From Breznakia blatticola (GTDB lineage: Bacteria; Bacillota_I; Bacilli_A; Erysipelotrichales; Erysipelotrichaceae), in contig NZ_SODD01000023.1 of the NCBI RefSeq assembly GCF_004365815.1, forward strand, positions 1 to 32,000: 32,000 nt of DNA. Reading direction: 5' to 3'. The position numbers and the translations under genes were made by a program. The notes beneath the pieces were generated by a model. That model was not told where the DNA came from and did not search any database. It worked only from the letters and a program-made list of their open reading frames with translations. The number at the start of each line of letters is the position of its first letter. Within the stretch, counting starts at the first letter, position 1. This document shows positions 8,231-16,038 of this stretch, in pieces.

Positions 8231-9667
8231 CTAGTTATTATGTTTCATTTGCTTTCCTAAAATGGATTCTAAATGTTCAACAATAGCACCTGCATTAGGT
8301 CCATATACAATTTGTATTTCATCACCAAACTGCATATATTCAATTGCCCCTGTTTGTTTCAATAATTCAAAATTAAATGCTCCAGGATTATGTAGATGAA
8401 AACGTACTCTTGTAATACAACAGTCGATTGCTTGTACATTGTTCATTCCGCCAACTGCATATATCAATGCTGTGCATATTGTATCAATTTCAGTATTTTG
8501 CAATGGTGTTGTCACTCGATGATCCAGTTCTATTTCCCGCCCTAGCGTATGCAAGTTATTGCGTTTAATGATGTACGTAAATCCAAAATAATACGCAATG
8601 GCTAGTACAACACCCATAACTAAAAGCATAAGCGGCATTTTTGTAAATGGCATCTGTAAACTTAACATAAAGTCGATAAATCCTGCACTGAAACTAAATC
8701 CTGCAATCCACTGAAACTGTGCAGCAATAAATACTGAAATTCCAGTTATAGCTGCATGCACTAAGTATAATTGTGGAGCGATAAACATAAACGAGAACTC
8801 TAAAGGTTCTGTCAGTCCAGTAAAAAATGAAGCGAACGCAGCTGATAATAAAAATGAGCGTACTTTATTTTTATTTTGTGGATATGCAGTTCTAAGCATC
8901 GCAAGTGCAGCTGCTGGCAAACCAAACATCATCACTGGAAAAAAACCGGCTTGATACATCCCTGTAACTCCATAAGTTCCTTGACTTGACCAAAAGTTTC
9001 CAATATCATTAATCCCCACTACATCAAACCAAAATACGGAATTAAGTGGATGATGCATTCCAATTGGAATTAAAAGTCGATTAAAAAATGCATAAATACC
9101 CGCACCTAATGGTCCTAATGAACTTATAAAATCACCAAACTGGATAAGCTTATTATAGATAAATGGCCATACAAAAATTAAGATACAACATAATCCTAAT
9201 GAAACAATCAATAAAGTAAGTAAGAGTATTACATTCTCATTTAACGTATCTAAGTGTAATTTATGTAATCGATTGTATACAGCAGAAGCCACAACTCCTG
9301 AAAGTATTCCAATGAACTGATTATCGATATGCTCAAATGGTTGATTAAAGTTATCGACTGGAAAATCGTACATATCAATTCTTTGTTGGGCGAGCACATT
9401 GGTTATTATTAAGAATACGAAGAGGCCTGCAAAAGCACTAATCCCCTTGTGATGATCACTTAATCCATAGGCGACACCAATGGCAAAAGCAACTGGCATA
9501 AATCCTAAAATTGCTTCACCAGAAGTACGTAAAATGACACTAAGAAAATGGACAAAGGTAGCATCCACACGTCCTAGCATGGCTCCAATACCAATTAAAA
9601 TAGCGGCAATTGGAAAAATTGCAATCGGTAATAATAATGCTTTTCCGATTTTATGAAGATAGTTCAT
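8231..9667 (-). CDS. PTS glucose/maltose/NAG-family EIICB permease
   Basis: 478 aa with EIIC motifs PIGMHHPLN and GLTEPLEFSFMF. The C-terminal EIIB reads AVGGMNNVQAIDCCITRVRF. The start overlaps the antiterminator stop (TAATG). Confidence 0.88.
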   Translation of the reverse strand: MNYLHKIGKALLLPIAIFPIAAILIGIGAMLGRVDATFVHFLSVILRTSGEAILGFMPVAFAIGVAYGLSDHHKGISAFAGLFVFLIITNVLAQQRIDMYDFPVDNFNQPFEHIDNQFIGILSGVVASAVYNRLHKLHLDTLNENVILLLTLLIVSLGLCCILIFVWPFIYNKLIQFGDFISSLGPLGAGIYAFFNRLLIPIGMHHPLNSVFWFDVVGINDIGNFWSSQGTYGVTGMYQAGFFPVMMFGLPAAALAMLRTAYPQNKNKVRSFLLSAAFASFFTGLTEPLEFSFMFIAPQLYLVHAAITGISVFIAAQFQWIAGFSFSAGFIDFMLSLQMPFTKMPLMLLVMGVVLAIAYYFGFTYIIKRNNLHTLGREIELDHRVTTPLQNTEIDTICTALIYAVGGMNNVQAIDCCITRVRFHLHNPGAFNFELLKQTGAIEYMQFGDEIQIVYGPNAGAIVEHLESILGKQMKHNN

Positions 9668-10497
9668 TAGATACTCACAATCTTATTAATATGAATCATC
9701 AAATATACAAGTTCATCTTTCGTAAGTGTATAATGATAATTCAATTTCACAATATCAAAAATATTCTCTACACATAACTCCATCTTCTCATGTTTATTAA
9801 TAAGTAAAGTATACATTTGATCAAGGTTTAATGGTTCTTTTGTGTCCTTGATAAATATATGTTGTGCTAGAAACTTCAAATGTGTTAATAATCTTGAAGT
9901 ATCAAGTGATTCATCATTAAACGAAATTCCAAAGACATTTTCAATAATCGTTTGCACATCTTTAACAAAAGCAACAATACGTTTTGCATCACGCACTTTA
10001 TTTCCTACAGTTGCATTCACAATATGCATCGCAATATAACTTGCTTCATCCTTTGGAAATTGAATTCCCGTATTTGCTTGAATCAAACGTAATGCCCACA
10101 AACCAATACGATATTCTTCTTTATATAAACTTTTGATTTCATCGTGCATTAAGTTTGGAATTTCCAACCCTCGTTTTTTACGATCCGCTGCATACCATAA
10201 ATGGTCTGTTAGCGAGATAAATATCTGGTTAGATAATTCTATTTCCATTTCATTAACCGCTTTCGTAGCTATCGCTTCAGCTATTTGAAAATACATAATC
10301 GGAGTACGATTTAGTAATTCAGCAAATTGCTTTTTTTGTTGGTCTTCAAATGAATAGACCTTTTCCACACGATTTTGATCTACTTCATCGTGTACTTTCC
10401 GATTAAATCCGATTCCATTCCCTGTAACGACATATTCGTTATCACCTTCTACAGCAACAACGACATTGTTGTTATAAATTCGACTTATCTTCATCAT
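9667..10497 (-). CDS. BglG/LicT-family PRD-containing transcription antiterminator (second copy)
   Basis: 276 aa. The CAT domain reads KISRIYNNNVVVAVEGDNEYVVTGNGIGFNRKV, with PRD-like ISLTDHLWYAADR and LLTHLKFLAQH. The start could be the second ATG at 10494. Confidence 0.88.
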   Translation of the reverse strand: MMKISRIYNNNVVVAVEGDNEYVVTGNGIGFNRKVHDEVDQNRVEKVYSFEDQQKKQFAELLNRTPIMYFQIAEAIATKAVNEMEIELSNQIFISLTDHLWYAADRKKRGLEIPNLMHDEIKSLYKEEYRIGLWALRLIQANTGIQFPKDEASYIAMHIVNATVGNKVRDAKRIVAFVKDVQTIIENVFGISFNDESLDTSRLLTHLKFLAQHIFIKDTKEPLNLDQMYTLLINKHEKMELCVENIFDIVKLNYHYTLTKDELVYLMIHINKIVSI

Positions 10498-10503
10498 TCA
10501 CCT

Positions 10504-11769
10504 CTATATTAATAATGACGCATTTGCTTGCGTAATGTATGCGTCTAATGCATCATACAATGCTTTTGGTGCAACCCCTTGCACTATCATTTCATTATCG
10601 TGTATTTCAACTTGTATACTTTTTGGTAGTTTCTCTATTTCGTTTTTTCGAATCAACATTTCTTCTTCTAATGTGATATATAATTTCTCTTCCAAAATGT
10701 GAAGTGTAATAATATTTTCTATTCCACCTACAACATGGATAAACTGTGCAACTTGCTTTTCATCAAGTTGTATACGTTGTCCTTTATGAATCAAATCATC
10801 AATATGATTTCTAGCAAGATAGAAGCTTATCACACACAAGAAACTTCCACCGATAAGCATGCTTACCATATTTGGTTGACTGATGATTTCCCATATCCAT
10901 AATATACTTTGCAACACATAAAACAGTAACATATATAACGGATTAAACGTAAATAGTAGAAATTGAAACACCAATGGATCACCTTGAATCATGGCACCAA
11001 TTCCAACAAGTAAAAATACAAGTCTCCATTCTTTTAAGGCTGCTTTATGTTTACTATTATACAAAAGTATAAGTACTAGTGGAATCACGATCTGCATCAA
11101 AATTGTTTGGTTTGTAAAGAAGATGGCATGTTCTTGCAATAATTCTAGAGATGAGATCCCAATAAATGACAACAAGACCTGTAACCACATATATACTATA
11201 GGACCTATAGTTTCTATATTTCGTACTTGCAACAGCCATGCAACTGCTCGATACATAAACGGCCAAATAATGATAAGTAATGAACCGATAATTATCATTA
11301 CAAGTCCGGTAATGATTGGTACCAAGCGTTTTCCTGAAAAGAATGCTAACCCGCTTGGTAGTTGGACATTATAAAATCGATTATATATACTTGCTCCAAG
11401 TAATCCACACATAATTCCCATGCATCCATTTTGAATACTTGTATAATCAAATTGAAGTACAAATGAACAACCTTCCAATGCTTTAGCAAGTGTTTCATTG
11501 GATGCAATATGAATCAGTACTACATAACCAATCATTCCACTTAATACACTTGTACCATCTTTTCGTTTTGCAAAGAACATCGCAAAACTAGCCGCATATA
11601 ACAATGGCAAATATTGTATATATGCACGATAGGTTTCCATAAACATTCTACCTACATGAAATGAAAATGATGTATTTATAAAATCACCAAAGACATAAAG
11701 ACCATACAAAATTGGAACAAAAAGGGTTGGATACAACAAACTTTTTGTATATTTTTTTACAAATTCCAT
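10504..11769 (-). CDS. PTS EIIC-EIIB-like membrane protein with degenerate catalytic motifs (probably not a phosphotransferase)
   Basis: 421 aa and multi-TM. The C-terminal domain aligns with EIIB (VVGGIENI...), but the C-x-T-R-L-R signature reads L-E-E-K-L-Y. The EIIC GITEP motif reads IQGDP and the GxHH motif is absent. SD GGGAGGAG is strong and the frame is intact. Confidence 0.7.
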   Translation of the reverse strand: MEFVKKYTKSLLYPTLFVPILYGLYVFGDFINTSFSFHVGRMFMETYRAYIQYLPLLYAASFAMFFAKRKDGTSVLSGMIGYVVLIHIASNETLAKALEGCSFVLQFDYTSIQNGCMGIMCGLLGASIYNRFYNVQLPSGLAFFSGKRLVPIITGLVMIIIGSLLIIIWPFMYRAVAWLLQVRNIETIGPIVYMWLQVLLSFIGISSLELLQEHAIFFTNQTILMQIVIPLVLILLYNSKHKAALKEWRLVFLLVGIGAMIQGDPLVFQFLLFTFNPLYMLLFYVLQSILWIWEIISQPNMVSMLIGGSFLCVISFYLARNHIDDLIHKGQRIQLDEKQVAQFIHVVGGIENIITLHILEEKLYITLEEEMLIRKNEIEKLPKSIQVEIHDNEMIVQGVAPKALYDALDAYITQANASLLI

Positions 11770-11799
11770 GTTTACTCCTCCCTTTTTACTACACTCTAT

Positions 11800-11808
11800 A
11801 GTATAGCA
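11800..11808 (-). promoter_or_regulatory. Extended -10 promoter element for the EIIC-like/antiterminator/EIICB operon
   Basis: Minus strand reads TGcTATACT. This leaves a leader of only about 25 nt before the SD, with no RAT in it. Confidence 0.4.
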
Positions 11809-11824
11809 AGAAATACGATAAATC

Positions 11825-11853
11825 TTGACATTTTTTTTGGAATCAACTACGCT
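11825..11853 (+). promoter_or_regulatory. Putative sigma-A promoter of the plus-strand EIIA gene
   Basis: TTGACA (11825-11830), a 17-nt spacer and TACGCT (11848-11853). SD AGAGG lies at 11866-11870. Confidence 0.45.
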
Positions 11854-11878
11854 TATTTAAGAATTAGAGGTATATATT

Positions 11879-12361
11879 ATGTTTCATTTGTTAGGAAGAA
11901 AAAACAAACGAGTTCGCGTATATGCTCCAATTCAAGGTAGTATTGTTTCTTTAGATGAAATTATTGACCCTGTATTTTCACAACGTCTAGTTGGCGAAGG
12001 AGTTGCCATCAAATCAAATTCTGGCACCATTTATGCACCAGTAGATGGAACAATTCAATGGGCAATCCGTTCGAAACATGCCATTTCCATTCAAACAAAA
12101 CACAATGCAGTCATTTTAATTCATATTGGCTTACAAACCGATTCATCAAAAAGTGAATCCTATACACCGCTTGTTCCCAACGGAACAAACGTAAAAGCTG
12201 GTGATGAAATATTACACTTCTCACCTAATGAATATGAAGGACAAAACAACCATGTGATGATTCCGGTTATCTTACTAGATTCTCAGTTTTATCAAATGAG
12301 TAAAGTGAAAACAAGTGGATCTGCAGTACAAAAGAAAACAATACTTTTTGAATTTAAATAG
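11879..12361 (+). CDS. PTS EIIA-Glc-family protein, divergent variant
   Basis: 160 aa. Both His positions are kept (SKHAIS...VILIHIG), but the following segment reads GLQTDSSKSESY instead of the GIDTVNLQG(E/K)GF seen in the two other EIIA genes of this window. It is the only plus-strand gene. Confidence 0.8.
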   Translation: MFHLLGRKNKRVRVYAPIQGSIVSLDEIIDPVFSQRLVGEGVAIKSNSGTIYAPVDGTIQWAIRSKHAISIQTKHNAVILIHIGLQTDSSKSESYTPLVPNGTNVKAGDEILHFSPNEYEGQNNHVMIPVILLDSQFYQMSKVKTSGSAVQKKTILFEFK

Positions 12362-12369
12362 ATAAGGTT

Positions 12370-12398
12370 AGATTGTTACCAAGAAATTGAGCAAAACT
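12370..12398 (+). promoter_or_regulatory. RAT-like antiterminator target with no downstream plus-strand gene
   Basis: AGATTGTTACCAAGAAATTGAGCAAAACT compares with GGATTGTTACTG..CAGGCAAAACC. The upper stem is CAA/TTG with loop GAAA. The 3' part AGCAAAAC is the 5' arm of the terminator at 12390-12444. Confidence 0.6.
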
Positions 12399-12444
12399 GA
12401 CGTAATCACCTACAGGTGTTTTTACGCATGTTTTGCTTTTTTTT
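12390..12444 (+). terminator. Rho-independent terminator after the plus-strand EIIA gene
   Basis: A long hairpin AGCAAAAC..CGTAA.CACCT-ac-AGGTG..TTACG..GTTTTGCT is followed by T8. Confidence 0.75.
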
Positions 12445-12498
12445 ACGCGAACTTGTTACGAAAAAGAATTCACAGAGACATGCATTCTTTTTTTGTAG

Positions 12499-13656
12499 TT
12501 ATACTTTTTCTTGTGTATGCATTCCATAGAAATATGTCATGAAACCAAGTAATGAAAAAACAAATGATATTCCCAATAAAGTAACTATATTTGTTTGTTG
12601 AACAAGCCAACCACTCAAAATACTTCCAAGTCCTCCTGCAATTCCTAAATAGCATATTCCAATTAACGTTTGTGCACGAACTGCATATTTTGCTGGTAAA
12701 AGATATCGAACGAATTGAACATTACCCGCCCAAAACAGGCCTGCACCTAACATTTGAAAAACTTGTGCTACATGTAAATACAACACATCACTAGCAAGCC
12801 ATAAAATAAGAATTCGAATACTTGAGAAAAAGAAGGAAATAAGCATTAGTCGCGTAATACCTACACGCTTTAGTATACGTGAAAAAAGTAAAGCTGCAGG
12901 CAGTTCAACAAATGCCATTATTGATATTCCTAACCCATAATCACTAGTTTGTCCACCAACTACACTATATGCATCGACCAAAAAATTTCCTGACATCTCT
13001 TTTCCAATAAATGATAGTGTTGTTGCGATTAAGAAGAAAAGTAAAATTGGATATTCTTTGATAATTTGTTTATTTTTAATGGATGCATCATCCGCTGCAG
13101 GAGCAACTTGATAAATTGGTTCTATAATCAATACCAGTATGATAAGAACCATCATCAATATGAGTTGCGCTCCTAACAGTAATGGTAACGAACTAACAAG
13201 ACCAAATACATATGCACCAATTGAAAAACTTAATGATCCAAGCCCTCTAGCAAACGGATATTGGATTTGTTTTCCTTCATGTGCGTAAAGTACATACATT
13301 GCATCGATAAAGCTTGAAATACCAAAAGTGAAAACACCATATCCAATAAATACAAGCAACATGATCATCCATGATGGATCCAACATTTGAATGAGTGTTA
13401 GTAATATACTGCAACCCAATAGTAAGATGATGAGTTGGTTGAGTGATACGTTCTTTCGCTTTACTTCTAAAATGCGGACAACCAATGGTTGGAAAACCAC
13501 ATTACTTAATGCTCGTACACCTAAAAGTATTCCAATATGCATACTTTGGAAGCCTTGTGCTTGCAATATTGGCACAATAAAAGCAGTTGTACAAAGATTT
13601 ACTAGCCAATATACTGTTTGGATTGCATAATACTTTATTTGTAATGAATGTTTCAT
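12499..13656 (-). CDS. MFS-type transporter
   Basis: About 385 aa with about 12 hydrophobic segments in a 6+6 layout and a central loop (APAADDASIKNKQ). The start ATG at 13656 is preceded by GAAAGG. Substrate is unknown. Confidence 0.75.
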   Translation of the reverse strand: MKHSLQIKYYAIQTVYWLVNLCTTAFIVPILQAQGFQSMHIGILLGVRALSNVVFQPLVVRILEVKRKNVSLNQLIILLLGCSILLTLIQMLDPSWMIMLLVFIGYGVFTFGISSFIDAMYVLYAHEGKQIQYPFARGLGSLSFSIGAYVFGLVSSLPLLLGAQLILMMVLIILVLIIEPIYQVAPAADDASIKNKQIIKEYPILLFFLIATTLSFIGKEMSGNFLVDAYSVVGGQTSDYGLGISIMAFVELPAALLFSRILKRVGITRLMLISFFFSSIRILILWLASDVLYLHVAQVFQMLGAGLFWAGNVQFVRYLLPAKYAVRAQTLIGICYLGIAGGLGSILSGWLVQQTNIVTLLGISFVFSLLGFMTYFYGMHTQEKV

Positions 13657-13734
13657 CAAATATATACCTTTCTATAGCCGTATCTATTCTACTTGGTTTG
13701 TAGCGATGAAGCAATATGTAGATCAAATATTTGC

Positions 13735-14064
13735 TTATGCAATATCGCGAAAGTCATAGGTAAAAGCTAACTTTCCACTTATATAGAACGAAGCTCTAAC
13801 TTGAATTAAACAAAACGTAGTTTTTGTATCATCTATATATTGCAGTTTTCCATGCATGGTTAGTTCATTATGATTATATATAGCATGGACATGCACATCA
13901 TCTTCATTGGAAAACTTTTCAATATCTTCTTTACAGTCATATGCAAAGTATATACCTTGATTATTGATTTCAACTTCATGTATCTGCAATGAATGGAAAT
14001 CATTTGTTACGCTACATGAAGTTGCAAGTTTTAGATGCATTTTCACCTTATCTAATCGTTTCAT
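13735..14064 (-). CDS. Hypothetical protein (109 aa)
   Basis: An open frame with SD AGAGGAAAG upstream of MKRLDK. I recognised no motif and saw no terminator before the MFS gene, so it is probably co-transcribed with it. Confidence 0.5.
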   Translation of the reverse strand: MKRLDKVKMHLKLATSCSVTNDFHSLQIHEVEINNQGIYFAYDCKEDIEKFSNEDDVHVHAIYNHNELTMHGKLQYIDDTKTTFCLIQVRASFYISGKLAFTYDFRDIA

Positions 14065-14133
14065 TTTCTTTCCTCTTTTCGTTGTCAATCAACATACATA
14101 ATACTTTAGTTATTGATTTGATTCGATATACAC

Positions 14134-14142
14134 AGTATATCA
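14134..14142 (-). promoter_or_regulatory. Extended -10 element (TGaTATACT) upstream of the hypothetical/MFS pair
   Basis: Read on the minus strand, between the terminator at 14175-14201 and the SD of the 109-aa ORF. Confidence 0.35.
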
Positions 14143-14174
14143 TGTGTTTCTATTTTTCTCTTTTGTGCATTATG

Positions 14175-14201
14175 AAAAAACAGTGTTCATTTATACACTG
14201 T
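14175..14201 (-). terminator. Rho-independent terminator after the iron ABC operon
   Basis: Minus strand reads ACAGTGT-ataaatga-ACACTGT followed by T5, just after the ATPase stop at 14207. Confidence 0.6.
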
Positions 14202-14206
14202 TATAT

Positions 14207-15007
14207 TTACGTATTTGTAAAGTAGTTTCCTTTTGGCACAATCATTGGTGTTTTTGCGACTGGATCTTCAATAATCATACAATCCAGGCCAAATACATGT
14301 TGAATTGTATCCTCAGTAACTATTTCTTTTGGTGTCCCATGTGCGACAATTTCTCCATCTTTAACAGCTATCATATAATCTGCATATCGAGCTGATAAAT
14401 TGATATCATGTAACACCATAACAATCGTTGTTTTATGCGTTTCATTTAGTCGTTTCAATAACTCAAGTATATCTAATTGATATGTGATATCTAAATATGT
14501 TGTTGGTTCATCAAGAAATAGAATATCCGTATCTTGTGCAAGTGCCATTGCTATCCAGACACGTTGCCGTTGTCCTCCTGATAGTTCATCGATACTTCGA
14601 TCTGCTAATTCTGCGATTCCCATCATATCTAAAGCATCTGCAACCGCTTTAGTGTCTTCATCGCTCATACCACCCATAAACTTTTGATATGGAAAACGTC
14701 CACGTGCAACTAAATCAGAAACACTAATTCCTTCTGGTGCAATTGGACTTTGCGGTAACAAACCTAGTATTTGTGCAAGTTCTTTTGTAGGTATGGTATG
14801 TATATCTTTTCCATCAAGTTTTATTTCACCTTGACTTACTGGAAGTAATCGGGCAAACGTCTTTAATAAGGTCGACTTTCCACTTGCATTACTTCCGATG
14901 ATCACAGTGATCTTTCCATCAGGAATGTCTACACTTACATCATCCAAAATCATCTTTTTATCATATCCAGCAACGATATGATTTGCTTGTAATGTATGTT
15001 GTTTCAT
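14207..15007 (-). CDS. Iron/siderophore (FecE/FepC-type) ABC transporter ATP-binding protein
   Basis: 266 aa with Walker A GSNASGKST, signature LSGGQRQR and Walker B ILFLDEPT. It overlaps the upstream permease stop (ATGA). Confidence 0.88.
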   Translation of the reverse strand: MKQHTLQANHIVAGYDKKMILDDVSVDIPDGKITVIIGSNASGKSTLLKTFARLLPVSQGEIKLDGKDIHTIPTKELAQILGLLPQSPIAPEGISVSDLVARGRFPYQKFMGGMSDEDTKAVADALDMMGIAELADRSIDELSGGQRQRVWIAMALAQDTDILFLDEPTTYLDITYQLDILELLKRLNETHKTTIVMVLHDINLSARYADYMIAVKDGEIVAHGTPKEIVTEDTIQHVFGLDCMIIEDPVAKTPMIVPKGNYFTNT

Positions 15008-16038
15008 AACGTTCCTTTCTTACGACTTTTTCCAAAAAGTAGTAATAGTAAATAGGGAGCTCCAATCACTCCAGTGATTACCCCAACTGGAAATCTTGTA
15101 CTAAAAGCAAATTGTCCAAGTAAATCAGCTGCTAATACTAAAATTACGCCAACGAGTCCAGAAGCAAATGCATATGATCGCCCTGCTCCAACTAGGCGTA
15201 ATGCAATCGGTCCTGCTAAAAAGGAGACAAAGGCTATAGGTCCACCAACACTTGTCGCAAAGGCTATTAAACAAACCGCACTTACAATTAATACAATACG
15301 TGATATACGCAAATTTACACCAAGTACAGCGGCTAAATCTTCACCCAATTCCAGGATGTTTAAATTTCTCTCACTTAATAAAATGATAAGTGTGAAGACA
15401 ATCACAACAATAGCCAGCAATGGAATACTTTTCATTTGAATTCCATTCAAACTTCCACTGAGCCAACGCATTGCTCCTGTAACTTCATATTGGTTAGCAC
15501 GTACCATCATATAGGATATTACCGCTTGTATTGCACTTTGCATTCCAATTCCGATAAGTACAAATCGTGAAGTTGAAAAATGACCAATATTGGAAAGTGC
15601 ATAAATAAGCAATGCACATAATAGACCGACAATACATGCAATAAAGGATACCATAAAGCCGCTAAGTCCAAGTATAAGAATACAGAATACTGCAGCCATA
15701 CTTGTCCCAGCACTAACTCCTACAATATCGGGACTTGCTAGTGTATTACGTAGCATCTTTTGAAAAACGCTACCTGCTAAACCTAAAGCAAAACCAGTAA
15801 ATGCACCTGCTAGCATTCGTGGTAAACGGATCGTAGAGATTGCAAAACTAGCTCCTTGTATTTGTTTTCCTGATAGCACTTCAAATATAGTTGCCAATGA
15901 ATAGTTTGTATTTCCTAGCATTAACATCAATAACATCAACACAATAGCGATAAGCACCAAAGATATAGTTGCAAGTATTGCGCGTCTTTTACGTCGTGCA
16001 TATCCAGCACGAACCTTGTTCTCTGTATAATTACTCAT
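15004..16038 (-). CDS. FecCD-family iron/siderophore ABC permease
   Basis: 344 aa and polytopic. It has the typical FecCD C-terminus (FPVGVITGVIGAPYLLLLL) and overlapping stop/start codons with its neighbours. Confidence 0.85.
   Translation of the reverse strand: MSNYTENKVRAGYARRKRRAILATISLVLIAIVLMLLMLMLGNTNYSLATIFEVLSGKQIQGASFAISTIRLPRMLAGAFTGFALGLAGSVFQKMLRNTLASPDIVGVSAGTSMAAVFCILILGLSGFMVSFIACIVGLLCALLIYALSNIGHFSTSRFVLIGIGMQSAIQAVISYMMVRANQYEVTGAMRWLSGSLNGIQMKSIPLLAIVVIVFTLIILLSERNLNILELGEDLAAVLGVNLRISRIVLIVSAVCLIAFATSVGGPIAFVSFLAGPIALRLVGAGRSYAFASGLVGVILVLAADLLGQFAFSTRFPVGVITGVIGAPYLLLLLFGKSRKKGTL

Noticed and set aside
12445-12498. A second TTGTTAC-containing sequence (CTTGTTACGAAAAAGAATTC) that might be another RAT.
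   Set aside because: It lacks the GCAAAAC/GGCAAGAC 3' half and the upper stem. The region is better explained as the AT-rich terminator hairpin (AAAAAGAAT...ATTCTTTTT) of the convergent MFS gene.
12470-12655. A 61-aa minus-strand ORF that overlaps the 3' end of the MFS gene, and the 74-aa ORF at 13502-13726 that overlaps its 5' end.
   Set aside because: Both are out of frame with a 385-aa polytopic transporter ORF that explains the region. Neither has an SD, and the 3' ORF runs into the terminator hairpins.
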